Shown piece after piece: positions 41,201 through 56,200 of a stretch of 64,000 nucleotides of DNA. The stretch covers positions 1-64,000 of the forward strand of contig NW_020846071.1 of assembly GCF_003704095.1 (NCBI RefSeq). Reading direction: 5' to 3'. The translations under genes and the position numbers were made by a program. Numbering within the stretch: position 1 is the stretch's first letter; each line of letters begins with the position of its first letter. A model generated the notes under the pieces. It had not been told where the DNA came from. It saw nothing but the letters and a program-made list of their open reading frames with translations, and made no database searches. Source of the DNA: Pocillopora damicornis (taxonomy: Eukaryota).

Positions 41201-44200
41201 CATACTTAGCAAAAGTGTACTGAGCCCGCGGTCCTGAGAAACACTGACCACCGTCTTGCACAGAGAAAGTGTTGTAACCGCGATTTACGGCGACCATGGC
41301 GCATTTACGAATGGCAATCTTCCTTCGTTTGTAGTTGCCTTGTAGAAGTTTACTTTTGCCTTCTAGTATTGGAATGGCTCTGCGAGGGGAATCTTTGAAG
41401 CAGCCTATTCTTTGGACTGAGAAGTAACAGGAAAAAGAAGTTGATCTATAGACAACGGTAGACCAAACTAAATCACTCCCAAATGGACGCCAACTCATGA
41501 TTCTTTACTTGTAACGAGGCAAGGGCTTACAGGCTTACAGGCTTACAGGCTTACGCGTACATAAAAGGGTGAAACCAAAACTTAAAGACTGAATTTTTAA
41601 ACGACTCTGTACAACGAAACAATAGCATAAACAATAACTTGTAATGCCTTTGTTTTTTAACTCCACCCGACCAGTTAATGAACTTGATCAATATTCTCCC
41701 TTGAAGAGAAGGCGAAAAATTTTATTTTGCCCAATAAAACCAACCGGTGCATTCATCACAGCTAATACTACAGATCTATTACAGTAAAGGCGTTCTGCTT
41801 GATGGAAGGCGAAACTAAAACTCCATGTCTGAATCTTCAAATGACTCCGCGTTTAGAAAATTTAGACAAATGAATTATACTCTTTAGGCCTAGAAGTATC
41901 ATTTGCATCAAGGTAGGAAAAAAATAGTTAGCATGGTATACAAAAGGGAAAAATGAAACAATACAAAACGTCCACGGAATTTCTCTTTACGAATTTAAGT
42001 TGACTAATTTAATATTTTTTCGTGGGTCTTTTTTTCTTTTATTATTTTCAGCCGCCATACTCACTTGATATCGATGATGTTATCTTGACAGGACGTGCTG
42101 GCGAAAAATTAAAGAAACATCCAATCAATCACGGGACATGGCATGTAAAATTAGTTCAGTTTACTCTTTCAGCTTACTTTGGCAAACTTTACACACAAAG
42201 GTGAAAAAAATGTATACAAAAGATAACCATCCATGAAAAATGTATAAAATTAACTTTCTTCCTCGTTTCCAGTCTCACCTCCTCGGGTGGGACACCATCC
42301 ATATTGCTTATCCTTGTCGTAGTTTCCAGTGAGGGAGCACCAAGGTCGCCTGGAGTTCGTTCTTGTACATCCAGTGTATCGTCTGCCTCGATACACGAAC
42401 GGGAACGAGCAGCAGTATCCATTTGTTGATTTTACACGACATGAACCTAGCAATGAAAAAAGAATACAACTTGAGTTTAAAGTATACAAAGGCACATAAA
42501 TTTAAATTGCAAAGTTTCTTCATTTTATTACCAAGTCAAAAAATTCAACATCTCTCTTATGGCGCAGAATCCAAAGATCTGAGGCTTAATTCCACATGGA
42601 TACAGGAAAACTTATTGCTTTTAAAGTAGTCCTTTCCTTTTTTTAACAAAATGCCGTCTTACATGATAAACTTAAGGCAGACCGTATGAACGCATTAAAC
42701 TTTATGTTAAATTAAAACTAGAATGTTCAATCTTGATCGAGCCCCAACGTAGTAGCTTCGGATGATAATACACTTGAACATTCTGGCTTCACCTTCAGTA
42801 CGAAACGACGAACATGATAATGGCCCCTATTAGACATACAAACAGCTTTTTTCCTCACCTCTAAGGACATAAACGTCATTCGCCCAAGGTCCTCCCTTGC
42901 CATTTCTGCATCGATTAGATTTTCCATATTTCCTGTACGTTCGATAGGCGTATCTTGCAGACGCACACCACCCTCCATGTTGAATAGCAAAAACTTTATA
43001 ACCTCTTCGAGCCGCAGCCAAAGCGCAATTTCTTATAGCGCCTGCTCTTCTCCGGTAATTACCCTTCAGTAGTCGACTTCGGCGTTCCAAGGTTGGTATG
43101 GCTCGTCGGCTTGTGTCTCTATAGCAACCGATGCCATAGGCTGCAAGGGGAAAATGTATTACATGCAGGACATTTATAGTTGGCCGAAGATTGACAAATA
43201 AATTAACAACTTAAAATTCCTTTGCGGGGGTGCGCGTCAGAAGCATGATGGTTAGCAACTTTCGCTTGAAACAGCCCGATTTGATTTGTCTTTTGACCAG
43301 TTCAATGCCTGACACCTATTGCCCAGGCTCTTGCAGCACGCTACCATAAGTTAGCATTCCCGTAGCGTGGTAATAGGTACACAGTGAAGATTTCTTACTA
43401 ATTATGCCATTGTTAACATTGTTAGCCACTTTCGAACGATAAAATAATGAGTGAACTTTACTTTAAACGCTTCAAACATGGTTTTTTCGAAGGTTGCGGA
43501 GTGATAACAGAGGGTTCATAACTTGTAAATAATTATCTTAACGCGTATTGCTCTTTGTTGAAACCCTTCTAGTTGTATTATTAGATAAGGGGGGACTAGT
43601 TTTATACTGATGTTATATTACGAGTTAGCGATAAACTTCCTTACCCTTCAAACCAACAGTGACTTGGATGACCTTAGCTGCAGAAAGATGAAAAACAATT
43701 TGATACACACAATTTGAGAAAATGAACTTTAAATAAATCTGAGAAAAATGAGCAAAAAATACAAAACAAATTAGCAAGTTAAATCACAAAAAGTAAGCTA
43801 CGAAAAAACCTTCTCAGCTCAAAAAAAGGCTGTCAAGGTAAGAAAGTAGAACAGTTGTATCTCCCTAGTTTGCTCTCACCTTTGGGAGGACGGATAACAG
43901 GTTTTACTGGTTTGACTGGGCGGCGTCCTAATAAAGAATGAAAACAAAAACGAGGTGAAACGATTGACAAAAATAGAAAGCTAACACACACTGGGCAGGT
44001 GGACACTATCGGAAAAAAATCAAAATATCGACAAATTGCCAACCAAATTGTTATTGAGTCACACAAGTTAACAAACCTGCACAGTTGCCCCATTTCTTAT
44101 CACGATCATAGTTGGGTGTTGTAGCACACCATGGTCGTTTATGGTTTCTCCTCGTACATCTGTGGTAGCGACGTCCTTTGTAGATGAAGGGGAATGAGCA

Positions 44201-47200
44201 GCAATAACGAGAAGTTGTGCGTCTTGCGCAGGTACCTTTCAGATCACAACAAACGACAGTCAATATGAGGTAGACTCACGTATCAAAGCATTTCACAACC
44301 GAGTTTCAAATTTATTGTCACAAGNNNNNNNNNNNNNNNNNNNNNNNNNNNNNNNNNNNNNNNNNCCCCCCCCCCCCCCCATGAAGGTTGGGGGGGGGAG
44401 GTTTTAGACGCTCAACTTACAAGCAAGCAAACTAACAAACGAACTAAAAACATAAACATATGAAAATAAAAGATGCAGAATGCAAAATGGCATGTTTTAG
44501 TCAGAAATAGGGTCAGTATAAGAGAATAACGCGTTCAGCGGCTTGTCAAATTTTTCGTTTTTAATTGATATCTAGACAGGGTCTATTGTAAGATTATACA
44601 ATGAAATATAAGCCAAAGAAACTTGAAGCAGCTTTTCGTAGTTTGAACCCGATACGTTTTTGACAATTCTACAAGTACACTTACCTTTTATGGCATACAC
44701 ATCATTAGCCCAGGGACCTCCTTTACCATTCCTACATCGATTAGTTGGTCCATATTTCCGGTAAGTGAGATGAGCTCTGGGACCCGTAGCGCACCATCCC
44801 TGATGCTGAACTGCAAAGACTCTGTAACCGAACCTCAAAGCAACAAGGGCACATCTCTTTATGGCGTCTGCTCTTCTCCTGTAGTAGCCTGTCACTAATG
44901 GGTTACGGCCGTCCATCTGGGGAACAGCGCGACGGCCTGTGTCTTTGTAGCATCCAAGCGAATTGACTGGAAGAACAAATCAGAGCTTTCCTGAATAAAG
45001 TGTGGAAGGCAATTCAAGGTTTGGAAGGAAGAAATACCAGGTGACAAATCGTTACGATAAATTACTTTTTATGTACTGCTACCAAAACAAAGCACTCACA
45101 TCATCTCAAAAATTGAAACTAATTATGTAACACAGAGAGAGATTTACGCAAAAAAATGTCGCCTCGCACGAAGCGGATTGTCACTGTGACATGTTCCATG
45201 AAACGATAATTACTTCTCTGCCATCACTAGTTCAATAATCACTTCGAGTATTGTCACGCTCAGTGCACACACATCTTCTAAAATACTTATCCAATCAGAA
45301 GTAAAGTCAAAACCGTCTGTTATCTGTTTCCATGCGTTTTAATCTCCCGCGCTTGATGAGGTTTACGTGCTTTTTTTGTATTTTATTTATTTATTTATTT
45401 TTTTGTTACTACGATTGCTGTCATTGGTAATTCTAACTGCTTTGGTTTTTGGTCGTGGGACACTCAATTCAAATACGCTATCCTGGAAAGAGCTAGCAGG
45501 TGATGCAACTCCTCGCAAAGAATGTAAGATGGCTTTGGATTTGGTTGTCTTAATTCTTTTTTTTCACGTTAGATGAACGTCAGCAAGGCAATAGAAATTA
45601 CGAAAATATGCTTACTTATAACTCCAGTTGTCACTCTAATTGGTGCAGCTGTAAAACAAAAATGTATATTAAACAATGAGTACTGCAAAACATTCGTAAC
45701 AAAAAATCACATAACTTTGGTAAAATCAACCACAACGTTCCACATTTCTTATTAAAATTTCCATCATATGCGGCCAAAGAAGAGTAGGAGATATTCTTCG
45801 CAACAATCGACAAAAGGAAATTAAATGTGTATGTATTAAAGTAAAAAGTTGTGGTCTTACGTTTCTTTCCGCCTCTGCAGTACCCCCACAGTTTGTTCCG
45901 GTTATAATCAGGCGTGATTGCGCACCAGGTTCTGCCGTTTTTAGCGCGAGCACAGCCACGGTATCGTCGCCTGCGGTACGTAAATGGCACACAACAGAAA
46001 CCGGTATTGGTTTTGTATCTACAGCGTCCTGAGGAGAGAAAACGAATCTGTTTGATGAGTGGAAACTTATGCTCATCGCTTCTTAAAGTTCCCCTGTTAA
46101 TTAAATGATCCCCCCATAAGGCTGTGTAATATTTCTACGACCCACCCTTCTCCCCTCCCCTATTGGCAGTTAATTAGCGTTCAATCTTACATAATTCCCC
46201 CTTTGTATCTTTGTTGGCGACGAATGATCCTCCTCCGTTCCCTCCTGAAAACTATGTAATTCCCCCAAAATCTTCCACCCCCCTCTATATTACCCCTTTA
46301 TACTCTGTTGGCAACGAATGATCACCCTTCCGTTCCCCCATAAAAAACCACGTGATTCCCGAAAATCCTTCCACCCCTCCCCTCCCAAGTGACAAATAAT
46401 GACTGGTTACCCAATAATTCGAAAATAAGAGTAACGCAAAAATTTTGACAAATACCTGACACTCTGTAGACATTGTTTGCCCAGCCACCTCCCTTTCCAT
46501 TCCTACACCTATTTGATCGTCCATATTTGGCGTAAGTGTACCTAGCCCGAGGTCCTGAAAAACACTGCCCGCCATGTTGAACTCCAATGTAATTGTAGCC
46601 ACGCTTTGCCGCCTCCAAAGCACATTTCTTAATGGCAAATTTCCGAGCACGGTAGCTCCCTCGTAAGAGGAGACTTTTGCCTTCCAAAATTGGGATGGCT
46701 CTTCTCGAAGTGTCCTTGAAACATCCGACACCTTGCACTAAAAAAAATTTGTATGTAAAAATTAATTCATCTAAACCCGTTCAAACCTTTTCATTCCCAA
46801 CAAGTACTTCCTCTGTACAATATCAAACAGTGCCAAGAAGATAGGTTTCAACCCTTTAACTCTCAAAGATGCTTTACATGTACCTTCTTCTTATACTATC
46901 CTCATATTATCCAGCAAACAAGTAATGAGAATACTCAAACCTATCAGGTAGAAGTTGTTATTTTGATCTAACACCAAATTCTTGCAACTGATTTGCAAAA
47001 GAAATGTGAAAGAAGAGGGGAGAATTAAGATTCAGATCTTAGGAGTTAAACGGTTCAGAATAACCAAGAATATCACATAAAGGATGTTCTTCAATGTAAC
47101 AAAGAAAAGCCCCCATCCCTTTAAAAAAAAAGTAAAAAAAAAGTCATGGCACACGGCATTGATGGCAAGATCTTTCTCATTAATTCTAATCCAATGTATT

Positions 47201-50200
47201 TTCAACTCTTATCTAATATTCTCTGTCTGTCATCTAATCTAAAAATTCTGTAATTCATCAACAACGGTTCTACGATAGTTACGAGCGAGTGCTTACGTGT
47301 TATCGATGGTGTAACTCTGATTGGAAGAGCTGTTGAGATAAATATAAAAGTTTGGAATTAGTCTTATCTTTAATAGCGGGTCAAACAATTTAACGTTCTG
47401 TTTCTTATGTGAAATCAAATGAATCGTCATGCACACAAATCCTAACTCGTACCAAAATAAATCATTTTAGTAGAAAAAATTTCTGATAAAAGTTTCCGCT
47501 CAATTTTCTTTTAGCAAAAACAAATTTTAAGCAGTTCGCGATGATTTCCTTCGAACAATGTAGGGTGCCTTTCAAAATAACTGTTCAGCTTCACTCTTCC
47601 TTTATTTATACCAGCGACCTGCTTCATCAATAATTATAGCTATATCTATGTAAAATATTTTTTCAATTCTTGGCTTCACATTTACGATTACCGTAATAAT
47701 GACATGTTATTCGTTGTGTTGATGTCCATCAAACCAATTATAATAATTATGATAATAAATGCAGGTAATAATTATCATCAATACTCACCCTTCCCGCCTC
47801 TGCACCAACCGTATATTTTATCCACATCGTAGTTAGGAGTAAGAGAACACCAGGGTCGTCTGGAGTTAACTCTAGTACAGCTGGAGTATCGTCTGCCACG
47901 GTAAGTAAATGGGAACACACAAATGTTGTTGCGCGTTGTTCGCACACGAGGAGAGCCTGGGAGTGAAAAACAGAAGAGTCAGATAATTGTACGTGCTTAC
48001 CATTAATAAAGACTTGTCAGCCGGTTGGATTATTAGTTAAGACAATTCTGTTACATTATTTTAACTTTTCCCGGCAGATCCGTCAAATCAGTCCTAAGCT
48101 ATTCTCCAGTATTAGGAAGGAATTTAATAAAATCACAAAACTCTTAAAAAGGTCTGTTTATTTCTTAATTGACTGATCTGGTTGGAATTGGATTTCTGAG
48201 TAATGTGCTATGTGCCGATACTGACGTGATAATTAACATTTCCAACAACCTTTAACAGCAATTTCCTTTCGTTTTTGAGGAAGAAGCTTTCCTCTCGTTT
48301 AAACATCCTGACCTAAAACATTTTAATATTTTATATAATCTTTTAACCCTTAAGAGTGATAAGCATCTAATTTCTCTCAACAGCATCACTACTAAATAAA
48401 ACATTAGGTTCATGATAATAAAGGCAACTATCACAAGGTCGAAAGACTCGGTTGTAAGACAAATTAAATACTCCTTGTAAGTACCATTAGAAATGTATAG
48501 AGAACTTGCATTCTGATGTTAGGTTGTAAAGGGTTAGAAACTAATCGAAGATCGAAAACGTTGTTAAAAATTTTATACACAAAAACACATCTCGGTCAAA
48601 AAGCCAAAATTTTAACATATGTACTCTTCAAATGAAGCTAACCTCGCAAAACGTAGACGTCATTTGCCCAAGGTCCTCCCTTTCCATTCCTACATCTTTT
48701 ACTTCTTCCGTATCTTCCATACGTTCGATAGGCGTACTTTGTTGACGCACACCATCCGCCATGTTGGATCGCAAACACTCTGTAGCCTCGCCTCGCCGCG
48801 GCAGCAGCACATTTCTGAATAGCGTATCGTCTTCTGCGGTAATTTCCTTTCAGAAGGCGACTTCTGCCCTCTAATGGCGCTATAGCTCGTCGGCCTGTGT
48901 CTTTGAAACAGCCGATGCCGTATGCTATATTATAAAAAACAAGTAGTGATCAACAGGTAACGTCCCCCTAACATAAAAATTAGGGAGTTTGAGAAACAAC
49001 GGCGGCGACGCTGTTGACAACGACTGTTAAAAAAATGAATTTAAAATTTACCAACGAATCTCGCAATACTCTAAGGTCATTTAGTTTGTTTCTCACTTTC
49101 AAAACTATCTCGAAACTGAATATTGAACACAGCCTTCGTCGTTCACCTTCGCCAGGCAACGCAAAGTTTGTTCATTTCACGTTGTTGTTTGGCAGAGGAC
49201 GCAAGAAATTTACAAAGATTTATAACGCACGTGAACAGGCATTGTTCTGCTCATTAAACTATTTGTTTAGTGACGTTCCCGTTCCCGTTGCCGTCGGGGT
49301 TTTCTGAAGCTCCGGAATATTAAGAAAGAAGGGAGGAGAATAAGTAAAATAACTAATTGGGATGCTTGATGTAATACAGGAAAGAACAAATGAAATGATG
49401 ACACAAGAGATACAAGGCTTACTCCTCTGTCTCTAAATCATTCGATGCTGTGTGCTTAATCGTGGATAATCATTCTCCACAACTTCTTACAAAGTCAACA
49501 TATACAACGCGAATGCAATTTAATCAAAATATAGGAAAATTTCGTCTGACAGAGACACAACTGTCTGGTGATACACAAAATTATCTTTACTTGCGGTAGA
49601 GAATTGTTTAGCTTCCATAAGGAGACATGAGAGTTTGATCGGATTCAAACTTACCAATCAGTCCAGTTGTGATTCTTATTCTTCGACCTATACATTAAGC
49701 GAGAAAAATCTAATTTAATTTAAGAGCAATCACAAGGACCGTGAAATACATAGAGAAAATTTAACGAATTCTACATACTCTCATAGTATCATATTAATCT
49801 CTCACACTTTATCAAGAAGAATTGAGAGCGATAACAATTCATTACTTAATGGTATAACATTAAAAAGATACCTTTAGGAACAATAGGACGAACAGGTCTG
49901 ATGGGTCTTCTTCCTGATGAAAAAAAAAAAATTGAGAACTGATCATTGTCTGAGATCAAATTTCTTACGCATAATGGTAACATCATGGTGACTTAAATCT
50001 GTTATGTAATGTCACGACATATCAAGCTACGTCATGTCACGACATATCAAGTCACGTCAAAGTCACGTCGTGTCATGCTATGCAGTTGTGTTCATGCTAC
50101 TCAAGTCGATTTACTGCGCCATATCACGATATACAGAGTCACTTCCAACGCGATTAGAGAAAGAGGGAGGGTGAAGACTACAGAAATATTTTATTTTATT

Positions 50201-53200
50201 CTTCAACAGCCAAGTCTCTCTTTATTCCTGTTAGGTGTAAAGCTGATCTCTGTTATAAGAACATACTTGCGCAGTTGCCCCATTTCTTGTCTCGATCATA
50301 GTTGGGTGTCAAAGCGCACCATGGTCGATTGTGCCTTCTTCTTGTACAACTGTTATAACGACGTCCTCTGTAGATAAACGGGAATGCACAGCAGTAGCGT
50401 GAAGTTGTGCGCCTTCGGCATGAACCTGTATGTGCGAGGTGAGATAATTAATTTAGATTTGTGTAAAGTTAAGGATCGATTAAAATCAAAATTTATAATT
50501 GGCTTCATAACTCTAGACATTTTTATATTACTTATACCGTGACAGGACAATACCCCTGACAGTGAAAAAGATATCGATAATCTTTGGAAATATTTGCGCG
50601 CAACCTTGAAGGCTCGTTTACTGATACTCCGCTGTTCACCGATACTCCACTGTTAACAAATTCAACCGGGAGGGGGGAGGAGGAAAAGGTTAAATTAAAG
50701 TAGAAAAATTAAGGAGGTGGATGGATTACTGGATTATTATAGAAACAGCTTGGGTCACCAGCTGATATATCCGTAATATTTTGACTTCAGTTTATATTCG
50801 GGAACGACACGTTGAAGTCGTCTGAGGTAAAAAATTTAAAACTCTCCCCATTTTTGTGATAAACAGCCTGCAGAACTGGCGTTTGTTTCAACTTTATTCA
50901 AACAGAATCAAGTGCATATGGCGGGAAACACGCGCTGGGGGGGGAACTGTTCACGCTATCCATACTTTTGCCTCGCGCATGCCTCTCGGCGCCTGGAAAA
51001 CAAAAAAAAATACGTCTGTTTAAGAAAAGAGAAAACCTCGACGTTAACATTATCACCTACCCGTGATGGAGTAAACATCATTAGCCCAAGGTCCTCCCTT
51101 TCCATTCCTACATCGATTGGATCGTCCATACCTCCTGTATGTCACGTGAGCCCTCGGGCCCGTAGCGCACCATCCCTGATGTTGAACCGCAAAGTATCTA
51201 TAAGAACGCTTCATGGCCTCTAGGGCGCATTTAAAGATGGCGTCCGATCGTTTTCGGTAGTAACCCCGTACCAGGATACCTCGGCCATCCATTTGCGGGA
51301 TGGCTCGACGACCGGTATCTTTGAAACAGCCAATGGATCGGACTGAAAATGAAATGTAAAATGAAGAGAAATGTATGTCAAACAAATTTGAATATTTCAA
51401 AAGTCTTAAAGATATGTATCAAACAGAAAAATTAGCAAAAATTCCAACTCAAAGCTATTTGTCCCTTTGGAAACAAAAAGAGTTTACGGAAAATTCGTCT
51501 GGCACAAACCTAATGCTTACACTCTTTATAATAAGAATTTCAATATTTTTACGAAATTAAAACAAGGTTTTACTATACTTGGAGAGAAATGTCCACTGTA
51601 TAAACTTACCTATAACTCCAGAAATTCTTATTGGAGCAGCTGGAAAATAAACATAAAAAAAACATAACTTGATGATACAGTACACACGTTAAGAGGGGCT
51701 CTTATTTCTTGTTTGATTATTTCCGATTAAAAGAAAGGAGAATCTAACATCATGACGAATTTGCATCTGATCACAGAAACATGTCAAAATGTAGCACTGA
51801 GCGAAGAAAAAGACCGTTTGAGCCAATTGTTAAACTACACGAGCTTCATACGCACAAGTTTGAAGTTTTTAGTGATGGTTGTTGGGGGGTATGGGGAGGT
51901 ACGTATTGGGATGAGAAATAACGCTTTAAACGTTGTAAGACCGATGTTCCAATCACAAAGACTTAATTAAGGTCGAAAATCTGGTGTCAGTATTGTAACC
52001 TATTGAATCGAAAGCAGCATGAAATGAAAAAAGGAAAACAGAAACATTTTAGAGCAGTTTTCAATTCAGTGTTGATTCTAATCCTGGATTACGCTGGCTT
52101 TCCTTCAACCGACACGCTCTATTATTGGTCTACAGAGCATGCCAATCAGTAGCTAAAACAAAACCAATACCGGCAAGGGCACTCGCGTTTTCCCGCGCTT
52201 CATGCTGATTGCTGTTTGTATCTTGTTACTCTAAGTTCTCATTGGTTCCTTAGGATATTTACATATACTCTGATTGGCTGTTGTGGTTGCCATGCCCTCC
52301 AAGAGACATCTTAAATTTTCACTTACGTTTGCTTCCTCCTCTGCAATATCCCCACAGCTTGTTCCTGGAATAATCAGGCGTAAGTGCACACCACCGCTGA
52401 CCACGACGATTTTTAGCGCAGCTGTTGTAATAACGCCCGCGATACTTGAACGGGAACACGCAGCAGTTTCCTTGCGTCGTACGCTTTCTGCATCTCCCTA
52501 AAGAATAATCAAATCGAGTCTGCATAATACGTAGTAAGAAGTAGTCAAATAATGCGCATTGAAGCATGAGTGATGGTTATAACAGGTCTATATTTCTTAG
52601 AAAAAAGGATTAAAAGTGAGCCACTAACTTAGCAATCAAGGACAGCTCTTCTGTCCTTTATAGACCTGGTCACCATAGATAATTAACAAGATATTTTGTG
52701 GGTCCTCCCACGGTAAAAACACCCTTTCTTTCACCATGTTATTTCAGTCACCTTCCAACAGTATACCAACTGAATTGTGGACCTTGAACAGGACAATCAC
52801 AAAGAACACTCGCATACCATAAATCCTGTAGACATCGTTGGCCCACGGCCCTCCTTTTCCATTCCTACATCGGTTTGATCGTCCATATTTAGCATAGGTA
52901 TACTGAGCCCTGGGTCCTGAAAAACACTGCCCGCCATGTTGGACTCCAAATACTTTGTAACCCCTCTTGATTGCCTCCAAAAGACACTTCTTAATGGCAT
53001 AGCGTCTCCTTTGGTAGTTGCCTCTGAGAAACCGGCTTTTACCTTCCAGTATAGGTATTGCCCTTCTTCCCGTATCTTTGAAGCAGCCAATTCTCTGAGC
53101 TGTAATTTAGTAAAAGTCCGCGTATAAGAACCTAACTCTGAAGGATCTGTTAGGCTAAATTTTCCAGTTAAGCACCCATCTCATAAAAACCATTCTAAGC

Positions 53201-56200
53201 CAAAATCTCATAACAGTTTCTTATTTGTAGAATGTTAGAGTTTCAAATTTGATACGGTACATCGCATGCGATACCAAAAGGTAACAAAACTAGCCAGAAT
53301 GCTGGCAGTGTTATAAGACCACAGTATTCTACTGTCAAAACATCCATAGCTATGCAACATATCCGACTGTGTGTACAAGTTTATCATGTAAAGCAAGGCA
53401 CTACGAGGCTGGTATACAGCACAGTATCATACGCACACCCACCTAAGACTAAGAACATGATTAAGAACCAAGGTAACCTAATTTCACAGTAAACACCATT
53501 TATATAAGATCCTATGGAGGCTAGCTCGAAAAAAACCTAGGTTCTTAAACGCGGGTTTTTACTGTATAAGTGTCAAATTCAGCATTAAAACAATCATGCT
53601 TTGGACTGTTAAAAACTAAGGTATGTGCTGAAAAAGGCAACAATAAATTCATTCTTACCTCTTAATGTTCTAGAGATGATTATAGGCCGTCCTGCAAGGG
53701 AAAAAAGAAAAACAATAGACACAGGTTGGAGTAACGTAGCCTTGAGGCCGCGTGCAATATTAGACTGAATATTTTTTACTTTCTCTCACCCACCAAAGGC
53801 GACAAAAGAGCGATAATAAGGATAATAATGCTAATAAAAATAATAACATCAGTGATAACACAAAACAATGATGAAAGGAAAACAAAGGGATTACTCATAA
53901 CCTTAGGGGATGCTTAAATCTTCAGATACAATACTCATAAACTTAACATGGGTTTTGCAGTTTTTTTGTTTTTTTGTTTTTTTTTTTACAATCTATCAGT
54001 GAAGAAATGATGGTGAGTTTCAAGTCATTAGGCTTCAGTAGGTTTCAACGAAATCGCAATATGACTGACCCTCTACGCAATGACGACCCTGGAGAAACGA
54101 ACGATATTTTTCAGCTCAATTATAGTCAAATGCGTGGAAAAGAGATCAATAAAATGAAAAACAAATCTAGTCCCTTAGTAATACAGCTATATCTTTTAAT
54201 ATAAATCATTCGCCTACCTCGTCCTCTACACCAGCCATACAGTTTATCTACATCGTAATTAGGTGTTAGTGCACACCAGGGCCGCCTTGAGTTGACTCGG
54301 GTACAGCGGTTGTATCGCCTTCCACGGTAGATGAACGGGAACACACAAATATTGCCTTTGGTTGTTCGTACACGAGGAGAGCCTGAAAAATAGGAGGTCA
54401 ACAGTTTCTCGGTGAAATCGCGTCATGAACAAAGTTAGAAGTGCAAAGTGAAGTGGTTAAGCAATGACTTTTTTAAAAATAGAAAATCTTTCAATTCCAA
54501 AAATAAAATGGTTTACAAAAGCACCTCTGAGGACATAAACATCATTGGCCCAAGGTCCTCCCTTTCCATTTCTACATTTGTTAGATCTTCCGTATTTGCC
54601 ATATGTTCGGTAGGCGTATTTCGTTGACGCACACCACCCCTGGTGCTGCACACCAAACACTCTGAAGCCTCGCTTCGCTGCCGCCAGGGCGCATTTCTGA
54701 ATGGCGTATCGCCTTCGACGATAATTTCCCTTAAGAAGACGGCTTCTGCCTTCCAATGGTGCTATAGCTCGTCGGCCTGTGTCCCTGAAGCAGCCAAGTC
54801 CCTTCACTGAAAGAAAACGTTAAAGACCAGTAACTATCGAACTGCTACTAAAAGGCCTTTATACGCTGTAAGGAAAAACTAAACCTGGAAAATCACCATT
54901 GGACAACTGTGAACTGTTTGGACCGTTGCTCACCGAACTTCGCTTCCAATTTACTATTGTCTTCGCAATTAGTGATAGCACCTTGACAGATAAGTAAGCA
55001 ATACAACTACAGTCTGGATATAATACCTCAGTTTTCAGAAGGACTCGTGTGTACTTAATCTACTTTCGCTTCAATTAAGTAGACTGACACTCTTTGAGTG
55101 TTACAACGAAATTTTACCGAAAGTGGAAGTCACACCTTGCTAATACACAGAGTTACACGTAAGAAGGAAACTGCACCAACCTTTCAATCCAACGGTGATT
55201 CTGATCACTCTCCCTGTAAGGAATAAAAGTATTTTGAGTCACCGCGAGGGAACCGTCAGTTCTACCCCTGCCTTCAATTTCACCATGGAAAGTGAAGAAC
55301 ACAAGACAGAAGTCAAGCATCCAAGAAGTTCACTTAATTGGTGCACTTTGAGCCTTTTTTCTTCATTTTTTGAAAAGAGCCTGGCACAAGAGGAGACTGA
55401 AACATGACAGGGAAAACACAGGGTGTGTCACGTATCTCAATCCAGTCCCTTCCCGTCCAGACCAAAGTTCTGCTTTCACTTTCCCTCCATGCTCGTTAAC
55501 AAAAAAACAAAAACAAAAGAAGGAGAGGAAAATACCGATTACTAGAAGTCTAATTTACTGCTATTAATAAAAGCTGGAATAGCTGCTAGAGCTCACCTTT
55601 GTATGAAGGAACAACTGGACGAACAGGTCTGACAGGCCGGCGTCCTGTGTAGCGTTTAAAACAAATATTTCATCAGTATTAAGTCATGTCTAACAGATAG
55701 ATGTTAATGTAGAGGAACGCAAGCATTGGATATATAAATTAGCACTGAATAATCAGGTAAATTAAAACACAAAAAAGAAAAACAACTAAAAGAGTGAATT
55801 TGGATTGGAACGAGGAAATGATATTTCTTCTTGTAAAAGGTCTAGTTTTCATCTTAACATATTTATCCAAACAAACTAGCGGAGGATACTAAATGAAGGG
55901 TAAGGATAATGTAAATTTGTGAACAAATCAACAACATTAGTTCTCTCGTTCGTCACAATGAATCCCTTCTTTAATAATTTTCATAACTTTATTCAATATC
56001 TGGTTGTTAGAACAACGTTTCTAATTCAGTGCTCCCTGTTCACAGCCTAAAACTTACTTGCACAATTTCCCCATTTCTTGTCTCGATCGTAGTTGGGCGT
56101 CAGAGCACACCAAGGTCGTTTGTGGTTCTTCGATGTGCAGCGATTGTAACGACGTCCTTTGTAGATAAATGGGAATGCACAGCAGTAGCGCGAGGTAGTT

